From assembly GCF_006345805.1 (NCBI RefSeq), contig NC_043013.1:12772001-12836000 (forward strand): a stretch of 64,000 nucleotides of DNA, given 5' to 3'. Shown here in pieces: positions 1 through 13,077 of this stretch; the first letter of the stretch is position 1, and the number at the start of each line of letters is the position of its first letter. This DNA comes from Octopus sinensis (Eukaryota). Under the pieces are notes generated by a model. It ran no database searches. It saw only the letters and a program-made list of their open reading frames with translations, and was not told where the DNA came from. The position numbers and the translations under genes are program-made.

Positions 1-226
1 TGTTTCAGCAGCTTTTCGGCCTAACTTGAACTGCAATAAGAAACTTATGCGAATTTGCTTTTTGTTCATGTTGTATTCAACGTTCCAGAAAAAATGCCTT
101 AATTATTCAAAAAGAAAAAGAGTAACACGATTAGATAGAGCGAAAAACAGGCTTTAAAATGTTATGTAAAGTCAAAGAAATTTATCGAAAATTCATTTGA
201 AAATACATCATTTCCTAACAACCTAA
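1..226 (-). mobile_element. Mariner 5' end and ITR (partial, cut by window edge)
   Basis: Minus strand reads MNKKQIRISFLLQFKLGRKAAET (mariner transposase N-terminus); ITR catttcctaacaacctaa at 209-226; homologous to 8794-9019. Confidence 0.85.
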
Positions 227-227
227 C

Positions 228-276
<49 letters not shown>

Positions 277-279
277 TAT

Positions 280-960
280 ATTACATTCACTTTCCATGTA
301 GCACTGCAACACAATCCCGTTTTCTTTGCTGGACCAGTTCTACTCCCTGCTCTATAATTTGCTGTTGCTGTATCAAGATAACAGCTGTGATCAATCTGCA
401 TCTTTACTGAACCAATGCCGAGCGAGAGGCCTTCTCTTAAGGACCCAACCTCATTTTTTTCTGTCACATCCAGACTTTCTACGCGAACTCCTGTCGCATA
501 AACTGAGTTAAGATTTCTTTCCCCACCATCGTCATCACCATTATTTTTCAACAACTGATTGCTTCAAGTAACTTTCTATTGGCTGGTTTTGCTATGGGTC
601 ATTCTTTACAGCGTTTACTTTTTCGCAGAACACCGCCCATGGAATGTGTTGACATTTCTTTCGTATTTATAATAATTGTTGATGTATAAACGAGAGTCCA
701 CGAAGAAACAGTAATGCGCATTCTCTTCCCGTTTGGCAATTCTTTGCCCCTACATTTTACTCTTTTCTCCCGCTTCAAAGTAAGCACCGCAAAATTCGAG
801 ATACATATTTCCGTCACTATATCCTTGTTGCACATTTGCACAGTCTCAACACCAGCCTTTCCTTTTCAGACTCTGCTGTTTGCGAAAAGTTTTAAATCAG
901 CCGTGAAGAGGTGTTTGAGACGAGGTCCATTCTTTCTCAGCTTGTAGTGCCCATTGATTT
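280..960 (-). mobile_element. Decayed R4/Dong-like non-LTR retrotransposon fragment
   Basis: Minus translation HYKLRKNGPRLKHLFTADLKLFAN...VQMCNKDIVTEICISNFAVLTLKREKRVKCRGKELPNG resembles the YxDD-region to thumb of R4/Dong RT; has stops and deletions. Duplicated at ~9075-9750. Confidence 0.6.
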
Positions 961-1036
961 TGCATAGCGCTACAGAAAGTTCAAACCAATATTCTACACG
1001 CTATTACTTATAGTTTAATCTAAAACTATTTTCACT

Positions 1037-1083
<47 letters not shown>

Positions 1084-1129
1084 TAGAATGTACTCTTGAT
1101 GCGTAAAAAAATTAACGTATTCCTTCTTA

Positions 1130-1570
1130 AATATGGTAAATGTGATCAACCTAAGAGACAGAAAGTTGAAGCAGAAAGAAACCACAAGCTAGCAGCATAT
1201 CTAAGTATTCAGGAAATATTCAGTATGTGAACTAATAAGAGTTTGGGAAGTGAGATGGGGTGGGCACCCGCAGTGACTTAGTATTATAAATAATGACAAG
1301 AAGGAAAGCATTGGTATAAGGAAGGAGTTAGAGTCATCAAAAGACCGATAGAAAAGGATGTCAGTAGAATTCTCTGACGAAATTAGAGAGGAGGCGAGGA
1401 ACAAGACAAAAGTCACATCAGATTACAAAGGGCAGTATGGCTATAGATAAGGAGTAATGAAGTGCATCATATTTTAGGGATACTAAACCACAGGGAACCA
1501 GACGTGACTTGAGATGTGTCATTGGGGAGGTTGGAAGGTGGAGAGTCAACCTATAATATGCGTTTAAACA
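1130..1570 (-). mobile_element. Highly decayed CR1/Jockey-like endonuclease remnant
   Basis: Minus ORF 1201-1416 (TFVLFLASSLISSENSTDILFYRSFDDS) loosely resembles the APE 'LYRSPNS' region; duplicated at ~9930-10370. Confidence 0.35.
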
Positions 1571-1731
1571 AATGAGATGGCGGCGTCAATTTCCATCTCG
1601 GCATCTGAAACTCGGAGTTTTATCACGGCTACTGAATAATTGTCACATATGATATTTACAGATAAATTCCTCTATTTAAATAACATCAAGGTCACTTTCA
1701 TTGTTTTGCAGTTTTACCATTTTTATCAATA

Positions 1732-1864
<133 letters not shown>

Positions 1865-1869
1865 TGTGT

Positions 1870-2165
1870 GGAGGCGCAATGGCCCAGTGGTTAGGGCAGT
1901 GGACTCGCGGTCGTAGGATCGTGGTTTCGATTCCAAGATCGGGCATTGTGAGTGTTTATTGAGCGAAAGCACCTATAGCTCCACGAGACTCCGGCAGCGG
2001 GTGGTGGCGATTCCTGCTGTACTCTTTCGCCGCAACTTTCTTCTGTTGGTCTGCTCGCTTAGCCAGCGGGGTGGTGTTATCTGAAGGCTAAATCAATGCG
2101 AAGCGCATTGTGACCAGCGATGTGTAGCAACATCTGATAGCCTGGTCGGTCACGTGATCACGTGA
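1870..2165 (+). mobile_element. tRNA-derived SINE (family 1)
   Basis: Head ggaggcgcaatggcccagtggttagg (A box) and ggtttcgattcc (B box), unique body, ends in cacgtgatcacgtga. Confidence 0.85.
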
Positions 2166-3067
2166 GAAAAAAATATATAAGTTCTAATTTACCCTAATTA
2201 TACAAAAAAGCCAGTAGCTGGTTCAACCATTGCGTAATATAGTAGTTATCACTACTAATAAAGAAAATTTATTTTGCTCTATGATTATGTAAAATAGTAA
2301 ACTAATCTATCACTACGAGAAATAGAACGCTGCTTCACATATGTGAAAAATAATAATCAGCTGTACATTGGTATACTGGAAAATGTACATTGGTATACTG
2401 GAAAATGTATTAAGATATTCATAAGCAAAATTTATAAGGTTGCTGTTAATACGGAGTCTTTGATGAAATTCCAAAACACTCATTGGTCATAAGTTGTGCA
2501 AACAGAAGTAATAGAGAAATAAATGAAAAACATTAAATTACTTGGGATTCTTGGTCACCATAACTGTCTACTTCAGACAATGATTCTAAATTCCTCTCAG
2601 AAGATAGTGATCTACAAAAAATGAACCAAGGAGGAAGTTTAAGATTAGTGAAAGTTGTTTGTCATATGGAGTGTAGTTAACATTCTGGACATTTGAACTT
2701 CATCTAAAAGTTAAGAAAAGGAGGAAAGTGATATTATTGCATGGGTTGGGAGAAATAAACAATGGAATATTATTGAAAGACTAATATAGGAGGTGATGAG
2801 AAGGATGACCAAGAGGGAGTTAAGGTCAGAATGAGTCAGAAGTTAGAGGAATGGTCAGGGTCTGGTGAGCAAAGGCGGAGAGGAAAGCTAAGAACATATG
2901 AGGAGAAGGTAGAAAGAGTCAGTGAGGATTATGAATAAATTTATGGAGTAATATCTATGTGTATTTAGACCTGTTATGAAATTAGGAATACATTTCAATA
3001 AGTAGCTTTGAACAATTTTATTTCAAAAGAGAGGTCAGCAAATACTCATGTAATTAATATCAAGTCA

Positions 3068-3188
3068 TCAAATTTCTACAATTTTGAAATGGCATTTAAT
3101 TGGTACAATTTTGATTGTGTTTTGATATATAGCCTTCTGCCATTTATCTCGGTTTTGTGGGATGTGTAGGTGTGTGAGATCTGATGAA
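3068..3188 (-). CDS. Candidate terminal exon (phase-2 start), unknown product
   Basis: Acceptor gtcttttacag; 1 nt plus 39 open codons (SSDLTHLHIPQNRDKWQKAIYQNTIKIVPIKCHFKIVEI) to TGA; phase matches the upstream 59-nt candidate exon; same length in copy B. Confidence 0.25.
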
Positions 3189-4015
3189 CTGTAAAAGACA
3201 GTATATCTGCTTAATTTAATTCACATCTCTAGAAAAACGTCTGCTCCAATGTATGATTTCTTACATAAAATAAGACCTCAAATTTCAACAATTACCATAA
3301 GGTATTTTGTTTGACCGTTTTATAATTCTGCTAATCCACTACATTTTCTTCAAATGTATATTAAGACACAAACAAACGGTAATATTAGAAGAGATAAACT
3401 GATAGGCTAAACATTTCTGACTTGACTGTATGTATTTAGTGGAGATACTTAGCGTTTATGGGGCAAATTTCAAAGCTACACTAAATACACGGTGGTAACA
3501 CACTTTACATTGTTCTTAGTTTGCACGGATTTACTTGAGCATTGCTTTTGTTGGAACCAAAATGTTTTCGCTTTTCCCTTTATATCTACAGGAAACCCCT
3601 TTGTAGTTTCCGATTCAATGTTTCCTTTTCCTTACCGTTATAACGTCATTTCATTTCTTCAATACAAAAGGTTCTGACTAATGCTTAAGTAAGAATTAAT
3701 ATCATATATTTATAAATATCTGATAAATATTTTCGAGACTAAATAATAATTTCAAATGTCCAGAAAATTGATTTTTTTAGAACTGAAAGTATATTATCAA
3801 ATCTAGTTCAAAATGGTTAAAGTCGTCAACAGAAACTATGAAAGAGTGAAGTATAAAAGAAAAAACAGAAACAAGGAAACAATCAGAGTCAGTGAAATTG
3901 CTGGATCTCTTGTAACTTTAAAACAAACATCACAACTACATGGTTACATTACATCAACAAAGGAAAATACTTTACTTCATAGAATATAAAATCCAATATC
4001 ACCATAATACCTATA

Positions 4016-4096
<81 letters not shown>

Positions 4097-4213
4097 TGTA
4101 TTTCGGAATGGTCATTTTGACAGTTTAGCCAATAAAAACACACGCACTATATATTTTGTGTTACTTTGCTTCAGTGTTATTTATTTTTTACATTAAACTT
4201 AATCTTATTTCGG

Positions 4214-4253
4214 TCAGAGTTCTTTCGTCACACAAACGTGACCGCATCAGTGG
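4214..4253 (-). ncRNA. Decayed minimal hammerhead ribozyme
   Basis: cca-CTGATGC(g)-gtcac/gtgac-GAAA-gaac-TC-tga: A9 mutated, stem II intact, near-palindromic stem III. Lies in a 215-bp block absent from copy B. Confidence 0.45.
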
Positions 4254-4734
4254 TCCTTTGCATTCTTCTTTTTTATTTGTGTGTCTCTCCTTACTAACCG
4301 TCAGCCATTTTGCTTTTGTATTGTATGTGTCTATGTGTATTCATTTGCGCATGCTTATATCTCTATGTGCGTCCATGTTTAATTAGTGTGTGTGTGTGTG
4401 TGAATACCTGTAATATTTGTATCTTCTGTTTATATACGTTCGTGTAATTTGTTTTTGTTTTTGTTTATTCTTATTTTGTTCATGTATTTACATCCACTTA
4501 TTATTATTATCATTACGTATGCTTGTATGTATGTATGTATGTATGTATGTATAACAACAATACTACTACTACTAATAATAATAATAATGATAATAAAACA
4601 TTTTAAAACATTTAAAAATTTTAAAAAAATCTTTTAAATTTAAGAAAAAATTATATAGTTATTTATTTCTATTTGTTTATTTATCTGTGTATTTTATCTA
4701 TTATGTTTTCGGCTTTGTTTATATTGTAACCAGT

Positions 4735-5070
4735 TTATGGGGATCCTCTACTGTCATATGTTGTGGTGTGTGCTATTGTTCCATTCCAGTTTCCTATTCA
4801 GGCTAGGTTTATCTTCTATTATGTGTGTAGCTTCCGTAATTTGTCAGATTGTTGTATCTGTTCTATGCGTGGACAAGATTTTAACTTCTATGTTGTTGAT
4901 TGATCCCCGTGTTCATTATCGGCATGTTGGTACAGAATCGATGAGCTCTTAGCTTCCTTAAGTTCTCTCCAATGTCCATTTACCCGCTCTACTATGCTTC
5001 GTGCCGTTTCCCCTACGTATGTCGTTGTCTTGTTACTGCTCATCCCTCTATACATCTTATACTATAGACT
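4735..5070 (-). mobile_element. Penelope-like GIY-YIG endonuclease fragment
   Basis: Minus translation VYSIRC...TYVGETARSIVERVNGHWRELKEAKSSSILYQHADNEH...EATHIIEDKPSLNRKLEW with frameshifts; duplicated at ~13490-13825. Confidence 0.75.
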
Positions 5071-5210
5071 ACTTTTATCTTAGCTTGAATATTTTAAGTT
5101 TTATAATTATTAATTTTTATCAATATTAAGTATTTACTATTATTCATTTTCATTTTTATTAAATTTCATATTTTAACATTTTTGTATACTTTCTTTTATT
5201 ATTATCTTTT

Positions 5211-5400
5211 AGGCGGCGAACTGGCAGAATCGTTAGCGCGTCGCTTCGTTCGGAGTTCAAATTCCACCGAGTCGATTTTGCTTTTCATCCTTTTGAGGGT
5301 CGATAAATTAAGTACCAGTAAAAACACTGGAGTCGGTGTAACCGACTAGTCTCTTCCCCACAAACTCGAGACCTTGTACCTACAGTAGAAAGGATTATTA
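5211..5400 (+). mobile_element. tRNA-derived SINE (family 2)
   Basis: aggcggcgaactggcagaatcgttag head, gagttcaaattcc B box, body ggtcgataaattaagtaccag. Related copies at ~13965-14130 (+), 27141-27355 (-), 27405-27540 (-), 28080-28215 (-), 54978-55110 (+), 55505-55580 (+). Confidence 0.85.
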
Positions 5401-6907
5401 TCATCACCTTATTTTACTACTATTACTATTTTTCTTAAATATAAATATTAACACACACACAAATAACAAAGCATATTTCATCTACTTTGTTGGAGTATCT
5501 CAACCGATCAGCATGTAACTTCCTTTCGGCTTTCGAAACCGCAACTCCAAATCACCATGCAATAACCTATCACTAGACCAAGGAAATTTTACCTCCGATC
5601 AGAAGTGGACTCTCAAGAAAATAAACAGACTGACTCGGTAAGAGAATCATACAACAGGAACGTTTCATGACCATTCCCCACAGGCAAGACAACCAGGCAG
5701 AATGTTAAACTTGGTCTCCAGAAAGAATAAGAATAAGAATTATAACGAATCAAAAATTATATTCTTTCACAGAAAAGATTATAGATACACTGATTCCAAA
5801 GCAGTCCGTTACAGGCGAAAAACCCTCTACGCGACGGTAAAAGGAATCACATGCAAGATGAAAGAAACTGTAACAAAATCCCTTTTGCTTACTCTCTTCT
5901 TTCTTTATTTGTTTCTCTCTTAACTCAGTATGATTGAACTTTTGGCGTTCCACATCTTTTATATACTTCGCCCATCATTTTCTGATATTATTGAATTTTG
6001 TGAACATTTAATCATTTAAACATATTGATCCACACTTTTTACATTCTTAACCTATCATTTATGATACTATTGAATTTTGCGAACATTTAATCATTTAAAT
6101 ATGTTTTGTACTTCGCAAACAAAATAGGGCCTTGGGACCGAGGAGAGGAGGTAACGCTTAGAAAATATCTTGAAGGATGGTGAACATAGCGACAGAAAAT
6201 TTGCGACTGTTCAGCTACGGAACCAGTGTAAGAAGGGAAGAAAAAGGGGTACTGACAGTTGGTCACGCGACAGTAGCAGGCAGAGGAGAAAGACTGCAGG
6301 GTGAGAGAACGACAGAGAAAAATAGGGAAGGGATGAAGGGAAAGAAGAAAGGCTGGGAATACAAGAGAGAGAAGGGGTAAGTAGAAAGTCTATAATAAAT
6401 AAATACACACACACACATATGTGTATATCTATATATATTAAGTATGTAAGTATGTTTTAAAAGTTGTGGGCTAATTACGGAGTGCTCTTAGAGAGCCTAT
6501 GCGAAAAAATACAGAGTAGAAAAAATTCAAAACGCAAGTCTTAGGAAGTCAAACAGATTCCCGAACGCATAAATGAGAAATTTCAATCGAAGTAGTTGAA
6601 TGATATATATTTATACACATCAACATAAATCATACATGTACAGGCGTGAAAATGCTCCAAGGTTATAAAGAATGAAATCAAACATACATAGAAATATAGA
6701 AGAAATATAAAAATTTATATAAAAATACTTATCAAATTACATATAAATAAATTTACATATAACGAGTTATGCGTGATAAATATAGGAGGTGCAAAATGGA
6801 TGAGAGATTGGTACATTCTGTAAGGATCAGATATCGAGATATGTAGGTATTTAATGGGTCTTTCGATATGATGAAGAAAGTTTATCTGGAAATGTCTGTC
6901 TACTTAC

Positions 6908-6966
6908 AAATCATCAAAAGATGTCGATGTCAAAGGCAATTGAATTTGTGTTTCTGTTGTTTCAGG
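6908..6966 (-). CDS. Candidate 59-nt exon, copy A (PETTETQIQLPLTSTSFDD)
   Basis: Branch-like attaac, polypyrimidine acceptor gtttttcttctattctctag, donor gtaagtag; only the phase 0-to-2 frame is open; splice sites conserved in three paralogs. Confidence 0.55.
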
Positions 6967-7892
6967 CTAGAGAATAGAAGAAAAACAACGTTAATTGTTG
7001 AAAGAAACGTTTGGGTTAGTATTTCTAGGTATAGAAAACAAGTTTTAAGTAAAATATATGTTTGAAGGAGGAGGTATATAAGTAACAGTAGTAAGCAAGA
7101 GGCAAATAATAACCACATCTAAAAGTCTAACAACTACACACGGATATAGACACAGAAAAATCCATTTACAGAAAAAAGATAAACAGTTTTACTTTCAATT
7201 TAGTTTTAGAGATGTCAACATGGTTAGCCTCATTGAATTCAAATAAAGATCTGAAATCGTATTTACAACTATTTTATTTTTATGAAGTCCAGTATTTATG
7301 ATATCAGTGCAGATCCTTTTAATATCTTACTAATTTAGGCATTATTAAATAAAATCTTTAGGAAAATATCCTCAGATGCAATATAAAACACAATTTATTT
7401 ATATATATATATATATATCAATGAATTATAAAGTTCACATCCTGAAATCATCAAAAGTCTCCCAAAAGCCTAAACTTCAAAGATGGAAAACAGTAAAGAC
7501 ATTGAAGAGTTCTATAAGTTATAATTTTTTTTAAAATTATGATGAATATATAAATATCATTTAAAGTAAGTTTATTTAAGTGTGTACATATTAATTCTAC
7601 ATTTTCCCAATTGAAAAAATTTTATACAATATTTTTAATGAAATTTGTACAACTTTTGCAAGGATTGTGCAGTCTAAACAGGAACTAACTTATCTTTCTC
7701 AATTCACCCATGATTGCAGGTGTCTTGCACAAATACTATTCACTTATGAACGTAATCCGAACACTTCCTTGCTACACTAGGGTATTAGTTCCAGTGACAA
7801 TAACATCTATATTCCCAGAAGATCAACATAGGAATCAACAAAGCGAACCTGACTGGAGTACAGCATATATATATATATATATATATATATCT

Positions 7893-9019
7893 TTGGTTTG
7901 TTAAGAAAACTCTAGTGGTTTTTAACCTTTAAATTCAGATACACATATCTCGGCTCAGACATCGTCTTATTTTTTGAAGCATTTCTCACTCAAGAAGTTG
8001 ACGAAATGCTTGAAAAAGTGGTAGTCGGTAGGCGACAGGTCTAGTGAGTACGGCGGATGAGGCAGAGTCTTGTAGCCCAATTCATTCAACTTCTGCAGGG
8101 TCAGTTGTGCGACGTGCGGCCGAGCGTTGTCGTGGAGAAGAATTGGTCCTTTTCTATTGACCAATGCTGGCTATTGTTGTCGGAGTTTCTTATGCATTCC
8201 ATCCATTTACTGACAGAACTTCTCCGCCGTAATGGTTTTGGATCCAAAAAGATGTGATGGATGAGACCGGCCGCAGACCACTAAACAGTCACTAAGACCT
8301 TCTTTTCGTGCAACTTTGGCTTCGGGAAGTGCCTTAGAGCTTCGTCGATGTCCAACCACTGAGATGAGCGTCGCCGGTCGTCGTAAAGATTCCACTTTTC
8401 ATCGCAAGTCACAATCCGGTCGAGAAATGTGTTGTTTTTGTTGCGTAAAAGAAGGGAAGACGACACTTCAAAACAGCGTTTTCTTTCTTTTTTGGTTGTC
8501 GTTCAATCGTGCGGCACCCATTTCTCGAGTATTTTTGTTTTTCCAATCTCTTTCAAGTGGTTGGAAATCGTCGTTTACGTTACGTCTAATTCAGAAGCAA
8601 GCTCTTGAGCAGATGTGTGTGGATTGGTTTTCACTAAGGCTCTTAGTTGATCGTTGTCAACATCCGATGGCTGACCACTACGCTTATCATCTTCAAGATT
8701 CTCATCACTGCTACGAAATCTCTTGAACCACCATTGTGCTGTACGTTGATTAGTGGTTCCTGTGGGGCCAAACACATCGTTGATATCGCGAGTTGTTTCA
8801 GCACCCTTTCGGCCTAACTTGAACTACAATAATAAAATTATGCGAATTTGCTTTTTGTTCATGTTGTATTCAACGTTCCAGAAAAAATGCCTTAATTATT
8901 CAAAAAGAAAAAGAGTAACACGATTAGATAGAGCGAAAAACAGGCTTTAAAATGTTATGTAAAGTCAAAGAAATTTATCGAAAATTAATTTGAAAATACA
9001 TCATTTCCTAACAACCTAA
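7893..9019 (-). mobile_element. Mariner DNA transposon (Hsmar1/cecropia-like), defective
   Basis: Degenerate ITRs (ttggtttgttaagaaaac vs catttcctaacaacctaa) next to (TA)n; transposase motifs [40 protein letters not shown]. Confidence 0.92.
7967..8862 (-). pseudogene. Mariner transposase pseudogene
   Basis: Fragments in several frames (ORFs 8575-8775, 8281-8466, 7967-8164) with stops, frameshifts and loss of the C-terminal end. Confidence 0.9.
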
Positions 9020-9020
9020 C

Positions 9021-9068
<48 letters not shown>

Positions 9069-9074
9069 GTATAT

Positions 9075-9750
9075 TACGTTCACTTTCCATGTAGCACTGA
9101 ATCCCGTTTTCTTTGCTGGACCAGTTCTCCTCCCTGCTCTATAATTTGCTGTTGCTGTATTAAGATAACAGCTGTGATCAATCTGCATCTTTACTGAACC
9201 AATGCCGAGCGAGAGGCCTTCTCTTAAGGACCCAACCTCATTCTTTTCTGTCACATCCAGACTTTCTACGCGAACTCCTGTCGCATAAACTGAGTTAAGA
9301 TTTCTTTCCCCACCATCGTCATCACCATTATTTTTCAATGACTGATTGCTTCAAGTAACTTTCTATTGGCTGGTTTTGCTAGGGGTCATCCTTTACAGCG
9401 TTTACTTTTTCGCAGAACACCGCCCATGGAATGTGTTGACGTTTCTTTCGTATTTATAATAATTGTTGATGTATAAACGAGAGTCCGCGAAGAAACAGTA
9501 ATGCGCATTCTCTTCCCGTTTGGCAATTCTTTGCCCCTACATTTTACTCTTTTCTTCCGCTTCAAAGTAAGCACCGCAAAATTCGAGATACGTATTTCCG
9601 TCACTATATCCTTGTTGCACATTTGCACAGTCTCAACACCAGCCTTTCCTTTTCAGACTCTGCTGTTTGCGAAAAGTTTTAAATCAGCCATGAAGAGGTG
9701 TTTGAGACGAGGTCCATTCTTTCTCAGCTTATAGTGCCCATTGATTTTGC
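9075..9750 (-). mobile_element. Decayed R4/Dong-like fragment (copy B)
   Basis: Duplicate of 280-960. Confidence 0.6.
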
Positions 9751-9823
9751 ATAGCGCTACAGAAAGTTCAAACCAATATTCTACACGCTATTACTTATAG
9801 TTTAATCTAAAACTATTTTCACT

Positions 9824-9878
<55 letters not shown>

Positions 9879-10484
9879 TAGAATGTACTCTTGATGCGTA
9901 AAAAAATTAACGTATTCCTTCTTAAATATGGTAAATGTGATCAACCTAAGAGACAGAAAGTTGAAGCAGAAAGAAACCACAAGCTAGCAGCATATCTAAG
10001 TATTCAGGAAATATTCAGTATGTGAACTAATAAGAGTTTGGGAAGTGAGATGGGGTGGGCACCCGCAGTGACTTAGTATTATAAATAATGACAAGAAGGA
10101 AAGCATTGGTATAAGGAAGGAGTTAGAGTCATCAAAAGACCGATAGAAAAGGATGTCAGTAGAATTCTCTTACGAAATTAGAGAGGAGGCGAGGAACAAG
10201 ACAAAAGTCACATCAGATTACAAAGGCGCAGTATGGCTATAGATAAGGAGTAATGAAGTGCATCATATTTTAGGGATACTAAACCACAGGGAACCAGACG
10301 TGACTTGAGATGTGTCATTGGGGAGGTTGGAAGGTGGAGAGTCAACCTATAATATGCGTTTAAACAAATGAGATGGCGGCGTGAATTTCCACCTCGGCAT
10401 CTGAAACTCGGAGTTTTATCACGGCTACTGAATAATTGTCACATATGATATTTACAGATAAATTCCTCTATTTAAATAATATCA

Positions 10485-10578
10485 AGGTCTCTTTCATTGT
10501 TTTGCAGTTTTACCATTTTTATCAATATATATATATATTGATAAAAATGGTAAAACTGCAAAACAATGAAAGAGACCT
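10485..10578. repeat. Perfect 94-bp palindrome centred on (AT)n, copy B only
   Basis: aggtctctttcattgttttgcagttttaccatttttatcaat + atatatatat + exact reverse complement; followed by a further partial copy aaatggtaaaactg. Confidence 0.95.
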
Positions 10579-10596
10579 AAATGGTAAAACTGTTTG

Positions 10597-10631
<35 letters not shown>

Positions 10632-10722
10632 ATGTCAAACTGTACTCTTTCTTTTTGAATCGAACACCTTCAATTCTCTCTCTCTCTCTCTCTTTATCTC
10701 TCTCACTCTCTTTATCTCTCTC

Positions 10723-10761
<39 letters not shown>

Positions 10762-10773
10762 TTGTGTGTGTGT

Positions 10774-11069
10774 GGAGGCGCAATGGCCCAGTGGTTAGGG
10801 CAGTGGACTCGCGGTCGTAGGATCGCGGTTTCGATTCCAAGATCGGGCATTGTGAGTGTTTATTGAGCGAAAGCACCTATAGCTCCACGAGACTCCGGCA
10901 GCAGGTGGTGGCGATTCCTGCTGCACTCTTTCGCCGCAACTTTCTTCTGTTGGTCTGCTCGCTTAGCCAGCGGGGTGGCGTCATTTGAAGGCTAAATCAA
11001 TGCGAAGCGCATTGTGACCAGCGATGTGTAGCAACATCTGATAGCCTGGTTGGTCACGTGATCACGTGA
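10774..11069 (+). mobile_element. tRNA-derived SINE (family 1, copy B)
   Basis: Duplicate of 1870-2165. Confidence 0.85.
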
Positions 11070-12070
11070 GAAAAAAAATATATAAGTTCTAATTTACCCT
11101 AATTATACAAAAAAGTCAGTAGCTGGTTCAACCATTGCGTAATATAGTAGTTATCACTACTAATAAAGAAAATGTATTTTGCTCTATGATTATGTAAAAT
11201 AGTAAACTAATCTATCATTACGGGAACGCTGCTTCACATATGTGAAAAATAATAATCAGCTGTATATTGGTATACTGGAAAATGTATTAAGATATTCATA
11301 AGCAAAATTTATAAGGTTGCTGTTAATACGGAGTCTTTGATGAAATTCCAAAACACTCATTGGTCATAAGTTGTGCAAACAGAAGTAATAGAGAAATAAA
11401 TGAAAAACATTAAATTACTTGGGATTCTTGGTCACCATAACTGTCTACTTCAGACAATGATTCTAAATTCCTCTCAGAAGATAGTGATCTACAAAAAATG
11501 AACCAAGGAGGAAGTTTAAGATTAGTGAAAGTTGTTTGTCATATGGAGTGTAGTTAACATTCTGGACATTTGAACTTCATCTAAAAGTTAAGAAAAGGAG
11601 GAAAGTGATATTATTGCATGGGTTGGGAGAAATAAACAATGGAATATTACTGAAAGACTAATATAGGAGGTGATGAGAAGGATGACCAAGAGGGAGTTAA
11701 GGTCAGAATGAGTCAGAGGTTAGAGGAATGGTCAGGGTCTGGTGAACAAAGGCGGAGAGGAAAGCTAAGAACATATGAGGAGACGGTAGATAGATTCAGT
11801 GAGGATTATGAATGAATTTATGGAGTAATATCTATGTGTATTTAGACCTGTTGTGAAATTAGGAATATATTTCAATAAGTAGCTTTGAACAATTTTATTT
11901 CAAAAGAGAGGTCAGCAAATCTTGACGAAGTGCTCAGACAGTAAAACTCGTCAGTTTGATTTTTATTACAAGCTGCTGAAAATATAGTTCATAGACTTCA
12001 TTTCACATCAAAAGGTAAGTTTACGCATAAAGTCTGGGGTGTAAATACTCATGTAATTAATATCAAGTCA

Positions 12071-12191
12071 TCAAATTTCTACAATTTTCAAATGGCATTT
12101 AACTGGTACAATTTTGATTGTGTTTTGATATATAGCCTTCTGCCATTTATCTCGGTTTTGTGAGATGTGTAGGTGTGTGAGATCTGATGAA
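12071..12191 (-). CDS. Candidate terminal exon (copy B)
   Basis: Paralog of 3068-3188; frame open, three non-synonymous differences. Confidence 0.25.
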
Positions 12192-13020
12192 CTGTAAAAG
12201 ACAGTAAATCTGCTTAATGTAATTCACATCTCTAGAAAAACTTCGGCATCAATGTATGATTTCTTACATAAAATAAGGCCTCAAATTTCAACAATTACCA
12301 TAAGGTATTTTGTTTGACCGTTTTATAATTCTGCTAATCCACTACATTTTCTTCAAATGTATATTAAGACACAAACAAACAGTAACATTAGAAGAGATAA
12401 ACTAATAGGTTAAACATTTCTGAATTGACTGTATGTATTTGGTGGAGATACTTAGCGTGTATGGGGCAAATTTCAAAGCTACACTAAATACACGGTGGTA
12501 ACACACTTTACATTGTTCTTAGTTTGCACGGATTTACTTGAGCATCGCTTTTGTTGGAACCAAAATGTTTTCGCTTTTCCCTTTATATCTACAGGAAACC
12601 CCTTTGTAGTTTCCGACTCAATGTTTCCTTTTCCTTACCGATTTAACGTCATTTCATTTCTTCAATACAAAAGGTTCTGACTAATGCTTAAGTATGAATT
12701 AATATCATATATTTATAAATATCTGATAAATATTTTCGAGACTAAATAATAATTTCAAATGTCCAGAAAATTGATTTTTTTTTAACTGAAAATATATTAT
12801 CAAATCTAGTTCAAAATGGTTAAAGTCGTCAACAGAAACTATGAAAGAGTGAAGTATAAAAGAAAAAACAGAAACAAGGAAACAATCAGAGCCAGTGAAA
12901 TTGCTGGATCTCTTGTAACTTTAAAACAAACATCACAACTACATGGTTACATTACATCAACAAAGGAAAATACTTTACTTCAAATAGAATATAAAATCCA
13001 ATATCACCATAATACCTATA

Positions 13021-13077
<57 letters not shown>

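Noticed and set aside
1870-1945. tRNA-like heads (also 5211, 31810, 52106)
   Set aside because: They run into SINE bodies and do not form a complete cloverleaf.
3592-3690. Plus-strand acceptor-like tttatatctacag followed by GNPFVVSDSMF...
   Set aside because: Short frame ending in a stop; the downstream gtaag is not conserved in copy B; no partner exon.
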